This document shows, piece by piece, positions 29,784-39,085 of a stretch of 64,000 nt of DNA. The stretch is from an uncultured delta proteobacterium (lineage in GTDB: Bacteria > Desulfobacterota > WTBG01). The position numbers were made by a program, and so were the translations under genes. Where the stretch lies: the NCBI GenBank assembly GCA_963793865.1, contig CAWCBP010000004.1, positions 292,526 through 356,525 of the forward strand, in the 5' to 3' direction. The notes under the pieces were generated by a model that saw only the letters and a list, made by a program, of their open reading frames with translations, made no database searches and was not told the origin of the DNA. The first letter of the stretch is position 1; every line of letters starts with the position of its first letter.

Positions 29784-31097
29784 TCACGCACCCTTCTTGC
29801 GAATCGAAAGAGGGGCTTTCTGAGCTATTTCAAGTCCCCTGAGCAGCGATTCCATGGTCGCTTCCCTGAGCTTGAACACGCAATCAGTGACCTCACCCCT
29901 TCCCTGGATGACATCCTCGGCAAAGGATTTACAGTTCGGGGCGCCGCATGCCCCGCAATTAATGCGCGGGAGACTCTCTAAAATGGATTCCCGCTCCTTT
30001 ACTTTCCTGATCGCCTCCCTGGCATCCGTGCCCAGCGGCTGCACGGGATAGGTGGACAGCTCAACATCGCATGACAGGTGGGCGCGCATCCGCTCCACTT
30101 CAGCGAGGTTAATGTTTAACTTCCTCCCCAGCTGCTGAATCAGTTTCATGGCCTTGATCTTGGCCAGAAAGCGATTATCCACCGCAAGGGGGCCCCCCAC
30201 GCACCCGCCGGGGCAGGCCCATAATTCCAGGTAGTTTACATTGGTGATTTTGCCGCGCTCCACGTCCTCCAGTATTTTGATTACATTTTTAACCCCGTCC
30301 ACGGCTATGGCATTCTCGATTTCGAGGCCGGCAATGCATGCGCCGGGGATCCCCGTGGCCACACCGAAGCCCCCCGAGTCGTGAAGCGGCTCAAGCGACT
30401 TGATCTTGCGGATGGCGCTAAAGAGAACCCCGTAGATATCCGAAATGGCAATGGCACCGTCCAGGGTCGGATCCGATTTGAAGATGGGGTGATTTACGGC
30501 GATCATCTTGGCGGGGCAGGGGGTGATAAAAATGGCCCCGACATCCTGGGGGCTTATTCCCAGTATTTTGGCCTTGGCCATCTTATATGCGCCGGCGATG
30601 GCGCTGGGCGCCTCCATGGAAAGCAGATTTCCCATGAGATCGGGAAAGTTTATCTGGATCAGCCTGACAACGGCCAGGCAGACGGTTGAGATGTAGGGCT
30701 TGTTTTGAGAATAGCTCTGGAGGTGTTCCTTGAGCACCGCCGAATAAATTTCACAGGCCCTGCCCACATCATAGGCCTCGTTAAAACCCAGACCCTTAAG
30801 ACCGTTTAAAATATGGTTGGGGGTAACGCCCATGCTGTACTGGGAGTACAGAACCGGAGAAGGTATGGCGATGGTGTATTTAAACCTGGTCAGGTCTTCG
30901 AACGACCCGGTCATGGATCGGACCGCCCGGGCGGGACATACCCGGATGCAGTCACCGCAGTCAATGCACCGGTCCTCCAGAATGAGGGCCTTGCCCTCAC
31001 GGATGCGCATGGCCTCGGTTGGACACGCCCGCATGCACTGCATGCAGCCGGTGCATTTATCGGTTTCCACCTCGATGGAGTGATAATATTTGCTCAT
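29784..31097 (-). CDS. [FeFe]-hydrogenase-like Fe-S protein (putative sensory HydS/group D-like)
   Basis: N-terminal 2x[4Fe-4S]; H-cluster-like motifs STVCL, TPCPAKM, ELWACPGGCVGG; C-terminal CGACGAPNC...C Fe-S domain. Confidence 0.82.
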   Translation of the reverse strand: MSKYYHSIEVETDKCTGCMQCMRACPTEAMRIREGKALILEDRCIDCGDCIRVCPARAVRSMTGSFEDLTRFKYTIAIPSPVLYSQYSMGVTPNHILNGLKGLGFNEAYDVGRACEIYSAVLKEHLQSYSQNKPYISTVCLAVVRLIQINFPDLMGNLLSMEAPSAIAGAYKMAKAKILGISPQDVGAIFITPCPAKMIAVNHPIFKSDPTLDGAIAISDIYGVLFSAIRKIKSLEPLHDSGGFGVATGIPGACIAGLEIENAIAVDGVKNVIKILEDVERGKITNVNYLELWACPGGCVGGPLAVDNRFLAKIKAMKLIQQLGRKLNINLAEVERMRAHLSCDVELSTYPVQPLGTDAREAIRKVKERESILESLPRINCGACGAPNCKSFAEDVIQGRGEVTDCVFKLREATMESLLRGLEIAQKAPLSIRKKGA

Positions 31098-31552
31098 GGC
31101 CGGTCTTTATTTCCGGTTAGGATGACCATTTCCACCCGCGTGCCCTCACCTACCACCGAGCTGATGCGCAATTCATCGGTGTTCTTCTTGATGTTGGGCA
31201 ATCCCAGGCCGGCCCCGAAGCCCATTTCCTTGATTTCCCTGGAGGAGGTTGAATAACCCTCCTGCATGGCCAGCTCGATATCCGGAATGCCCTGCCCCTC
31301 ATCATCGGCAATGACCGTGAGAAGATCCGGGGTAATGGCCAGGTGAAACGCTGCATGCCGCGCATAGCACACCACGTTCATCTCGGCTTCATAGACGGCA
31401 ATAGCCGCCCGCCTGATGATGTCATGGCTTATGCCGATGTCTTTTAAAATCGCCTTAATGCTGCTTGAAACCTCGCCGGCATGAATGAAATCGCCGCCCT
31501 GTACGGCAAACTCCCGCTCCAGCAGGGGCTCAGCTTGTTTTTCCTGCATCAT
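31094..31552 (-). CDS. RsbW/RsbT-like Ser/Thr kinase (anti-sigma regulatory factor fold)
   Basis: YEAEMNVV, DEGQGIPDIELAMQEGYST, GFGAGLGLPNIKK. Confidence 0.88.
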   Translation of the reverse strand: MMQEKQAEPLLEREFAVQGGDFIHAGEVSSSIKAILKDIGISHDIIRRAAIAVYEAEMNVVCYARHAAFHLAITPDLLTVIADDEGQGIPDIELAMQEGYSTSSREIKEMGFGAGLGLPNIKKNTDELRISSVVGEGTRVEMVILTGNKDRP

Positions 31553-31904
31553 CAACTCTTTCAATACAACCGGACAGGCCGTGCTTGAACAACCTGCCGC
31601 AGGTTTCAAACATGATGTAACGGGTGCAGAAGAGCGGAATCTTTTTGGCCCGGGCAAGCTTGATCGCTTCCTCGTCAGGCCTTTTGCCCCTCACGAAGAC
31701 AATGCCCAGCAGCTCCAGCATTTCAGCGGTGCGCACCACTTGCGGGTTGGTAATCCCGGTTATGAGGAGCGCGCCCTCCCTGGCAAAGGCCAGAACGTCG
31801 CTCAGGAGGTCGGAAGCAAAGGCGCCCCTGATGGTATCCTCCATGCGGTCATCACCGACCACAACCTCCGCTCCCAAAATATCCGCCAGCTCTCTGAAGG
31901 TCAT
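31530..31904 (-). CDS. DRTGG domain protein
   Basis: AFASDLLSDVLA, LLITGITNPQVVRTAEM, VFVRGKRP. Confidence 0.85.
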   Translation of the reverse strand: MTFRELADILGAEVVVGDDRMEDTIRGAFASDLLSDVLAFAREGALLITGITNPQVVRTAEMLELLGIVFVRGKRPDEEAIKLARAKKIPLFCTRYIMFETCGRLFKHGLSGCIERVDDAGKTS

Positions 31905-31933
31905 ACGCTTGAGATCTCCATGCCCGGGACCGC

Positions 31934-33121
31934 CTACCGGTCCACCTCTCCCAGGCAGATGTCAATGCTGCCGATAATGGCAACGATGTCGGCCATCATC
32001 CGCCCCTGCGCCATGGTGCAGAACGACTCCATGTTCACAAAGGAGGGGGTTCTGATCTTCACCCGGTAGGGCTTGCTGCCCCCATCGCTCACAATATAAA
32101 AGCCCAGCTCCCCTTTTGACGACTCCACGCTGCAATACGCCTCGCCTTTGGGCACATTGAATCCCTCGGTCATCAAATGGAAGTGGATGATCAATGACTC
32201 AATGCTTTCCTGCACCAGCTCCTTCGGAGGAGGCACCACCTTGGGGCTCACGGCGTTGAACGGGCCCGAGGGCAGCCGCTCCAGGGCCTGCCTGATGATC
32301 CGGTTGCTCTGGCGCATCTCCTCCAGCCGCACCAGGTAGCGGTCATACGAATCCCCGTACCGGCCGGTGGGTATCTCGAAATCAAAGTGATCGTAGGAGG
32401 AATAGGGATTGGCCTTGCGCAGATCCCACTTTACCCCGCAGCCCCTCAGGCAGGGGCCGGAAAGCCCCAGGGCGATGCCCTCTTCCGCTGAAATGACCCC
32501 CACGCCCTTTGTCCGGTTGAGCCAGATCTTGTTTTCGGTCAGCAGGCGCTCGTACCCGTCAATCCGAGAGGGCAGCACCTCACAGAAGGCCTTCACCTTT
32601 TCTTCAAACCCGTCAGGCAGGTCGGCGGCAAGGCCCCCGATGCGAAAGTAGCTCTGGTTCATCCGGGCCCCGCCCACCATTTCAAACATGTCCAGGGTTT
32701 CTTCCCGCTCGCGGAAGCAGTAGAGCAGCGGCGACATGGCCCCGATGTCCAGGGCATGGGTTCCCAGCCAGATGAGATGGCTCTGGATCCTGGTAAGTTC
32801 GGCGAGCAGCACCCTGGCATACTGGGCCCGGAGCGGAACCTCCAGGTCCAGAAGCTTCTCAACCGTAAGCACGTAGGCAAGGTTGTTGATGAAGGGCGAG
32901 GTATAATCCAGCCGGTCGGTGAGGGTGATGAACTGGTGGTAGGTTTTATGCTCGGCCAGCTTCTCGATGCCCCGGTGCAGATACCCCAGCACCGGGGTTG
33001 CCTTGGTGACCACCTCGCCGTCGAGCTCCAGCACCACCCGGAGCACCCCGTGGGTGCTTGGATGCTGGGGGCCCATGTTCAGGGTTACCACCTCTGTCCT
33101 GATGTCAGACGCTGTTTCCAT
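31934..33121 (-). CDS. nuoD: NADH-quinone oxidoreductase subunit D
   Basis: NMGPQHPSTHGVLR, GYLHRGIEK, DRLDY, GEVDR; no Ni-binding CxxC. Confidence 0.96.
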   Translation of the reverse strand: METASDIRTEVVTLNMGPQHPSTHGVLRVVLELDGEVVTKATPVLGYLHRGIEKLAEHKTYHQFITLTDRLDYTSPFINNLAYVLTVEKLLDLEVPLRAQYARVLLAELTRIQSHLIWLGTHALDIGAMSPLLYCFREREETLDMFEMVGGARMNQSYFRIGGLAADLPDGFEEKVKAFCEVLPSRIDGYERLLTENKIWLNRTKGVGVISAEEGIALGLSGPCLRGCGVKWDLRKANPYSSYDHFDFEIPTGRYGDSYDRYLVRLEEMRQSNRIIRQALERLPSGPFNAVSPKVVPPPKELVQESIESLIIHFHLMTEGFNVPKGEAYCSVESSKGELGFYIVSDGGSKPYRVKIRTPSFVNMESFCTMAQGRMMADIVAIIGSIDICLGEVDR

Positions 33122-33139
33122 ACTGTGCAAAGCCCCCGT

Positions 33140-33600
33140 TTATCTTCCCCGCAGCGGAAAATCTTTTCTGAGCGGATACTCTTTAAAGCCGTCCGGGGTG
33201 AGGATCCTCCTCAAATCAGGATGATCGCTGAAGGTTATTCCCAGGAGATCGTAGCACTCCCGCTCGTGCCAGTTCGCCGTCTTCCAGACAGAAACCACGG
33301 AAGGCACGGTAAGGTCATCGTCCGGGGGGAGGTCTTCATGCGCAGCCGGTGCCGGTGCTTCATGGAATAGAGGTGATACACCACCTCAAACCGGGGCGCC
33401 CGGCCCAGGTAATCGACGCCGCAGAGGTCGGAGAGGAAGTCAAACCCGCAGGAGGGATCTTCCTTGAGGAAGCGCGACACCTCGAGCAGGCGGGACAGCT
33501 TGACCCGTATGGTATGCTCATCCTTATAGACCGCCGTTTCTTCGATGGCCTCAGGAAAGGTTTCCTTTATTTTCCCCACCAGCTCTTCCAGGTCAGCCAT
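33140..33600 (-). CDS. nuoC: NADH-quinone oxidoreductase subunit C, frameshift in homopolymer near 33325
   Basis: LCGVDY...[10 protein letters not shown]; shifted frame gives [26 protein letters not shown]...[11 protein letters not shown]. Confidence 0.92.
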
Positions 33601-34078
33601 TGCTCGTTTCCCTTAAGTGTTCCTTGTCTATCTTTTTCTGAAGCTGCATGATGGCATAGAGCAGGGATTCCGGACGGGGCGGACAGCCGGGGACGTAGAC
33701 ATCCACGGGGATAATCTCGTCCACCCCCTGCACCACGGCATAGGTATCAAAAATTCCGCCCGAGCAGGCGCAGGCGCCCATGGCAATGACCCACTTGGGG
33801 TTGGGCATCTGATTGTAGATCCTCCTGGCCACGGGGGCCATTTTCCTGGTCAGGGTGCCGGCAACAATCATCAGGTCTGCCTGCCGCGGCGAGGCCCTGA
33901 AAACCTCGGCGCCGAAGCGGGCAATATCATAGCGGGCGGCGGCGGTGGCCATCATTTCGAGGGCGCAGCAGGCCAGCCCGAAGGTCGCGGGCCAGAGCGA
34001 CGATTTGCGGGCCCAGTTGACCAGTTTCTCAAGGGTGGTGGTGATGATGGTGTCACCAAAACAGCTTTCTACTCCCAT
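33593..34078 (-). CDS. nuoB: NADH-quinone oxidoreductase subunit B
   Basis: [36 protein letters not shown]. Confidence 0.96.
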   Translation of the reverse strand: MGVESCFGDTIITTTLEKLVNWARKSSLWPATFGLACCALEMMATAAARYDIARFGAEVFRASPRQADLMIVAGTLTRKMAPVARRIYNQMPNPKWVIAMGACACSGGIFDTYAVVQGVDEIIPVDVYVPGCPPRPESLLYAIMQLQKKIDKEHLRETSNG

Positions 34079-34434
34079 TCCAGAGCCCCTTTCTTCCATA
34101 CATATATAAAGCCGACCAGCAGGATGCCGATAAAAACAGCCATTTCTAAAAAGACAAATCCTTTATACTGGTTAAACTGCCGGAAGACAATTGCCCAGGG
34201 GTATAAAAATACCGCCTCCACGTCGAAGACGATAAACAGCATGGCAATGATGAAAAACTTGACTGAGAACCGCGTGCGCGCATTGCCCACCGGGTCAAGG
34301 CCGCATTCGTAGGGCATGAGCTTTTCCCGGGTCGCCGCCTTCCGCCCGAAAAGGGCCGACAGAGCGATGACCGCCCCCGCGAAGAGAACCGACAGAAAAA
34401 GAAAAATGATCAGCGGCGTGTATCCTTCAGCCAT
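34069..34434 (-). CDS. nuoA: NADH-quinone oxidoreductase subunit A
   Basis: [27 protein letters not shown]. Confidence 0.96.
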   Translation of the reverse strand: MAEGYTPLIIFLFLSVLFAGAVIALSALFGRKAATREKLMPYECGLDPVGNARTRFSVKFFIIAMLFIVFDVEAVFLYPWAIVFRQFNQYKGFVFLEMAVFIGILLVGFIYVWKKGALEWE

Positions 34435-34449
34435 GGCTGTGTCCTCGTG

Positions 34450-35130
34450 CTAGTAATTAATCGTGCCCTGCTTTCGTGCCAGTTCCCGCCCCCGGTCGAT
34501 GAGCCGGAAGGCCGCCTGCTGCGCCAGCACCACGGCATCTTCCGTGGGAAGATAGGCGGGCAGGCTGGCATCGAACAGGATCCGCGCCTCAGGCGGAAAT
34601 TCCTCATCCCCGTTCCAGAAAAGAAATGCCATGGGGACTTTGGGGAGAGCGGCAATGATGACACCCCGGTCACCCGCGGGCGCCTTTGTTCCTCCCAGGG
34701 CGCGACCGGCCTCTTCAAAAAGATCCTCCCGCTGCGCAAAAAAATCGAGCAGCGGCTTTTGAGATCTCCTGTCGAAAGCCGGGTAATACATGTCCCCGCC
34801 GGACAATTGTCGGAAGCTGATCCACTCACCGGCAAGCGGGCTGCCCTGCGCCTGTATAAGGTAATGCAGAATGACGAGCCTGCTCCAGAGGGGAACCTCC
34901 CCTCCTTCGCCCTGATAGGTTACCGTTATGTCGGGAAAATGTATGAGGCAGTATTGATTGAAAAAATTGAGCTTGACCAGGCAGCGCCCGTCATCTTTTT
35001 TCTCAAAAAAAGCCCCGCTTTTTCCTGCCCGCTCCTCTATGTCGGCACTTCTTAAAACCTCGCAGGCCAACGTAAAAGCATGGTCGTACGGTGATCCGGC
35101 AGGGTTGATTCCCGCATTGCGCGTGTCCAT
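34450..35130 (-). CDS. DUF3786 family protein
   Basis: ILHYL, WISFRQLSGGDMYYPAF, ALPKVP, GDEEFPPEARILFD. Confidence 0.85.
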   Translation of the reverse strand: MDTRNAGINPAGSPYDHAFTLACEVLRSADIEERAGKSGAFFEKKDDGRCLVKLNFFNQYCLIHFPDITVTYQGEGGEVPLWSRLVILHYLIQAQGSPLAGEWISFRQLSGGDMYYPAFDRRSQKPLLDFFAQREDLFEEAGRALGGTKAPAGDRGVIIAALPKVPMAFLFWNGDEEFPPEARILFDASLPAYLPTEDAVVLAQQAAFRLIDRGRELARKQGTINY

Positions 35131-35236
35131 GCGTTTTATGGCATCATTGCCCGAGAAAAAAGCTCTCTGCCGAGTAGAAATTTTCAGCTTGAAAAAATAG
35201 CGGATTTATAATAAAAACATGAAAAATTGATGAAAA

Positions 35237-35265
35237 TTTCTAGCATATGTATATTTCCCTGTCAA
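35237..35265 (-). promoter_or_regulatory. Sigma70-type promoter for the DUF3786-nuo operon
   Basis: TTGACA-N17-TAGAAA with TG extension. Confidence 0.55.
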
Positions 35266-35419
35266 GGCATTTCCTCTGTGATTACAACCGCGGCAGAGAA
35301 GCTGACTGTATCGTTTTAGAATGGGTGTGAATGGTCACTGAAATCGATGCCGGTGCTGTTGGCCACAACGCGGCGTCACCCCTTTCCGGTCATATTACAC
35401 AATGTAAAGGAGGCAGGCT

Positions 35420-36241
35420 GTGTACAAGGTACTTGACAAGCAGAAGCTGGCATCCACGGTTACCCTGCTTAAACTGCAGGCGCCGGAAATCGCCAAAAAG
35501 GTCAGGCCGGGCCAATTTGTCATCATACGATTGAATGAGCCGGGCGAACGCATTCCCCTCACGGTCAATGATTTTGACCGGGAGCAGGGCACCTTAACCA
35601 TTGTGTTCCAGGAGGTGGGTAAGACGACAAAACTGCTGGGCAGGCTCAGCATCGGCGACAGCATAACCGACCTGGTGGGTCCGCTGGGCAGGCATACGGA
35701 AATTGAAAAATTCGGGAAAGTCATCTGCATCGGCGGGGGCGTGGGGACGGCGGTCATTTATCCCGTCACCCGGGCCCTTCACCAGGCGGGAAACGAGGTA
35801 ACCGGCATCGTCGGCGCCCGCACCAAAGACCTGCTCACCTTCACCGGGGAGATGGAGGCGGTCACCAACCGGCTTATCATCACCACCGATGACGGATCCA
35901 TGGGCAGGCACGGTTTGGTCACCGATCCCCTCAAGGAGATCCTGGAGAGCGGGGAAAAGATCGACCGCGTTATCGCCATCGGTCCTGCCGTGATGATGAA
36001 GTTCGTCTGCAAGACCACCGAGCCCTTCAAGGTCAAGACCATCGTCAGCCTGAATCCCATCATGCTCGACGCCACGGGCATGTGCGGGGTGTGCAGGGTG
36101 CTGGTGGGAGGCGAAACCAAATTCGGGTGCGTGGACGGACCGGAGTTTGACGGTCATAAAGTGGATTTTGACCTGCTTATCAAACGGCTCAATCAATATC
36201 TGGCGGAAGAAAAGATCTCACTGGCAGCCATAGAAGGCTAA
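35420..36241 (+). CDS. nfnA: NfnA/SudB: small subunit of NADH-dependent reduced ferredoxin:NADP+ oxidoreductase
   Basis: PGQFVI, GERIPLT, GGGVG, DATGMCGVCRV...CVDGPEFD. Confidence 0.9.
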   Translation: MYKVLDKQKLASTVTLLKLQAPEIAKKVRPGQFVIIRLNEPGERIPLTVNDFDREQGTLTIVFQEVGKTTKLLGRLSIGDSITDLVGPLGRHTEIEKFGKVICIGGGVGTAVIYPVTRALHQAGNEVTGIVGARTKDLLTFTGEMEAVTNRLIITTDDGSMGRHGLVTDPLKEILESGEKIDRVIAIGPAVMMKFVCKTTEPFKVKTIVSLNPIMLDATGMCGVCRVLVGGETKFGCVDGPEFDGHKVDFDLLIKRLNQYLAEEKISLAAIEG

Positions 36242-36304
36242 GATGAGGGTCCGGGCATCAAGTGTAAATCGACCGTTATCACCAGCGATTAAAAGGAGAA
36301 ACGC

Positions 36305-37723
36305 ATGGCGGCGGAAGGAAAAGAGAAAAAGAAGATCAACCCGAAGCGGGTGCACATGGCGGAGCAGCCGGCGGAGGAGCGGGTTAAAAACTTCAGGGAA
36401 GTCCCCCTCGGATATACCGAAGCTGAAGCAGCGGAGGAGGCGCGCCGCTGTCTGCAGTGCAAAAAGCCCGCCTGCTCAACCGGCTGCCCGGTGGAAATAG
36501 ACATTCCCGCATTCATCAGCCTGGTGGCGGAAAAAAAATTCGCTGAAGCGGCAAAAAAAATAAAAGAAACCAACAGCCTGCCGGCCGTGTGCGGCAGGGT
36601 CTGCCCCCAGGAAATCCAGTGCGAGTCCCGGTGCGTGGTGGGAAAGAAAGGCGAGCCGGTTGCCATCGGCAGGCTGGAGCGGTTTGTTGCCGACTGGGAG
36701 CGGGAAAAGGGAAAAGTGGAACCTCCTCCCCGGCCCCGGCCGAAACATAAAAAGGTGGCCGTGATCGGCTCCGGTCCCGCGGGCCTGACCGTTGCCTCCG
36801 ACCTGGTTAAGCTGGGCTACGCCGTAACCCTCTTTGAGGCACTGCACAAGACGGGAGGGGTGCTGGTGTACGGCATACCTGAATTCAGGCTCCCCAAGGC
36901 CATCGTGCAGGCCGAGGTTGATTTCGTGGAAAGCCTGGGGGTGGAGATTAAAACCAACGCCCTCATGGGCACCCTTTATACCGTTCCCGAGCTGATGGAG
37001 ATGGGCTACGAGGCCGTTTTCATCGGCATCGGCGCCGGGGGGCCCATGTTCATGAACATCCCCGGGGAGGCCCTCAACGGGGTTTATTCCGCCAACGAGT
37101 TTCTCACCCGCTCCAACCTGATGAAGGCCTACCTCTTTCCCGCATACGACACCCCCATCAAGAAGAGCAAAAAGGTGGCCGTGGTGGGAGCAGGAAACGT
37201 GGCCATGGATTCGGTCAGGACCGCCATACGGCTGGGGGCGGAGGAGGTCTACCTTGTCTACCGGCGCTCCGAACAGGAGATGCCGGCCCGCGTCGAAGAG
37301 ATCGAGCGGGCAAAAGAGGAGGGCGCCATTTTCAGGCTGCTTACCAATCCCGTCAGAATCATCGGCGATGACAAGGGATGGGTAACCTCCATGGAATGCA
37401 TCCGCATGGAGCTTGGCGAGCCCGATGACTCCGGGAGGCGGAGGCCGGTGCCGGTTAAGGGGTCTGAATTCACCATAGAAGTCGACTCCATCATCATGGC
37501 GCTGGGCACCAATGCCAACCCGCTGCTCCCCCGGTCGACACCCGGCCTCAAGCTGAACAAATGGGGCTATATCATGACCGATGAAGAAACCTGCGGGAGC
37601 AGCATCAGGGGGGTCTACGCGGGTGGAGATATCGTCACCGGATCCGCCACCGTCATTCTGGCCATGGGCGCGGGCCGCAAAGCGGCACGGGCAATCGATA
37701 AATACTTGAGCGGCACCGAGTGA
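36305..37723 (+). CDS. nfnB: NfnB/SudA (GltD-like) large subunit
   Basis: RCLQC...C...CP, CGRVCPQEIQCE, GSGPAGL, GAGNVAMD, GGDIVTGSATVILAMGAG; follows nfnA. Confidence 0.9.
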   Translation: MAAEGKEKKKINPKRVHMAEQPAEERVKNFREVPLGYTEAEAAEEARRCLQCKKPACSTGCPVEIDIPAFISLVAEKKFAEAAKKIKETNSLPAVCGRVCPQEIQCESRCVVGKKGEPVAIGRLERFVADWEREKGKVEPPPRPRPKHKKVAVIGSGPAGLTVASDLVKLGYAVTLFEALHKTGGVLVYGIPEFRLPKAIVQAEVDFVESLGVEIKTNALMGTLYTVPELMEMGYEAVFIGIGAGGPMFMNIPGEALNGVYSANEFLTRSNLMKAYLFPAYDTPIKKSKKVAVVGAGNVAMDSVRTAIRLGAEEVYLVYRRSEQEMPARVEEIERAKEEGAIFRLLTNPVRIIGDDKGWVTSMECIRMELGEPDDSGRRRPVPVKGSEFTIEVDSIIMALGTNANPLLPRSTPGLKLNKWGYIMTDEETCGSSIRGVYAGGDIVTGSATVILAMGAGRKAARAIDKYLSGTE

Positions 37724-37751
37724 GGAAAGCCCCCACTGCACCATCCGTCTG

Positions 37752-37784
37752 AAGGGGAGCCGGAAATGCCCGGCTTCCCTTTTT
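37752..37784 (+). terminator. Intrinsic terminator after nfnB
   Basis: aaggggagccgg-aaatgc-ccggcttccctt followed by T residues. Confidence 0.75.
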
Positions 37785-37822
37785 ATCTGTATCGCCGGCC
37801 AAGCAAGCACCCGCCATTTCCA

Positions 37823-37851
37823 TTGACACTTCAGAAATTATATTTTAGTCT
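37823..37851 (+). promoter_or_regulatory. Sigma70-type promoter
   Basis: TTGACA-N17-TAGTCT; AGGAGG SD before 37893. Confidence 0.55.
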
Positions 37852-37892
37852 TAATTGAGAGGTTCGTTTTAACCATTTTATCAGGAGGAGCC

Positions 37893-38378
37893 ATGGTTAA
37901 AAGAGCATTGCCCTTCAAGCTGCTGCCCTTCCTTTGCTCCTGCATGCTGGTTTTGAGCTGCCTCAGGGCTCAATCACCCGAATTACCCTACAGCAATCAG
38001 CAGAAGAGCAATCTGACCGCCGGCATGGTCAAGAAATATGTCAAAGTCGGTGTTGCCACCCAGACCGAGATTATCTCGGTTTTCGGCGCCCCCAACATCA
38101 TCACCCGTGACAAGGACGGCAAAGAGGTGTGGACCTACGACAAGCAGAGCATGGCCTCCGCGTCAGAAGTTGCGGAATGGAACGCCTCCGGGGGGGCCGG
38201 GGCCATCGCGGGAGGATTGGCGGGAGATGCGGCCATCGGCGGCGGGGTAACTGCAGGCGGTTCTGCAGGCAAGAGCAGCAGCGCAGGACAGATCAGCAGC
38301 GCCACCTTCACGCTGATGATACAGTTTGACGACAGCGACGTGGTGAAGGACTACCGCATGATGGCAACCCAGTTCTAA
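37893..38378 (+). CDS. Lipoprotein, SmpA/BamE-like with Gly-rich insert
   Basis: Lipobox VLSC; VGVATQTEIISVFGAPN...EVWTY...LMIQFDDSDVVKDY. Confidence 0.7.
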   Translation: MVKRALPFKLLPFLCSCMLVLSCLRAQSPELPYSNQQKSNLTAGMVKKYVKVGVATQTEIISVFGAPNIITRDKDGKEVWTYDKQSMASASEVAEWNASGGAGAIAGGLAGDAAIGGGVTAGGSAGKSSSAGQISSATFTLMIQFDDSDVVKDYRMMATQF

Positions 38379-38412
38379 CAGGCTGTTGAAAAACCACTTT
38401 TTCAACAACCTG
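38379..38412. mobile_element. 34-bp minimal MITE with CTAA target duplication
   Basis: CTAA|CAGGCTGTTGAAAAA-CCAC-TTTTTCAACAACCTG|CTAA. Confidence 0.8.
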
Positions 38413-38435
38413 CTAAAGAGGATCCCGCTGCCGCA

Positions 38436-39062
38436 ATGAAAACAGCCTGTTCATTTCTCCTGCTGGTTTTGACAAGCATTTCCCTTGCGTCGGGCTGTGG
38501 CCAGAACAAATCCCGTTTGCAGCCACCTCCGCCGCTCTCCATTCAGCAGCGAGCAGCCATGCAGACGAAAGAGCTGGAGGGTGACTTCGACACGGGATTT
38601 GCCGCAACCATTTCAGTGCTGCAGGATGAAGGGTGGCAAATCGAAGTAGTCGACAAATCGAGCGGGATTATCCAGGCCGTTTCCCTCAAGCACCAGGACA
38701 TCATCGGCCCGCATGAGGACTGGTATGCGGAGAAGGATGCCGGCTACCGGGATGATATACTAAAAGAATCGAAGGACCGGAAAATGCCCCTGTCCGAGTG
38801 GAACCGGTGGGAGCAGCTCACCTGCCATATCGAAGCCTGGGGTGAAAACCGGATCCGGCAACGGATGACCATTACCGCATTCGGCTCTCTTCCGGCCAAC
38901 ACCTTCAGCTATGCCGAGAAGAAAAAGGATAAGCAGAACATTGTAACCTCCGGCGGCAAAGAGCAGTCCCGTATAGTGGAAGATCCTGCGCGCTATCAAT
39001 ATCTCTTCCAGCAGATACAGCGCGCCGTCTTTATCCGCCAGGGGCTCAAGAGCTACCGCTAA
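38436..39062 (+). CDS. Hypothetical lipoprotein
   Basis: Lipobox LASGC; RAAMQTKE...ISVLQDEG..I...DKSSGII. Confidence 0.7.
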   Translation: MKTACSFLLLVLTSISLASGCGQNKSRLQPPPPLSIQQRAAMQTKELEGDFDTGFAATISVLQDEGWQIEVVDKSSGIIQAVSLKHQDIIGPHEDWYAEKDAGYRDDILKESKDRKMPLSEWNRWEQLTCHIEAWGENRIRQRMTITAFGSLPANTFSYAEKKKDKQNIVTSGGKEQSRIVEDPARYQYLFQQIQRAVFIRQGLKSYR

Positions 39063-39085
39063 CCTTTCACAGATACAGAGGACAT

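Noticed and set aside
31934-34078. Group 4 [NiFe]-hydrogenase (Ech/Hyf)
   Set aside because: Large subunit lacks both Ni-binding CxxC motifs and has NuoD quinone-site motifs; NuoB has the tandem CC
35385-35402. Rex operator upstream of nfnA
   Set aside because: Only a half-site-like TTACACAA; no convincing palindrome
36305-37723. Glutamate synthase small subunit (gltD)
   Set aside because: Paired with an NfnA-type gene and no gltB nearby
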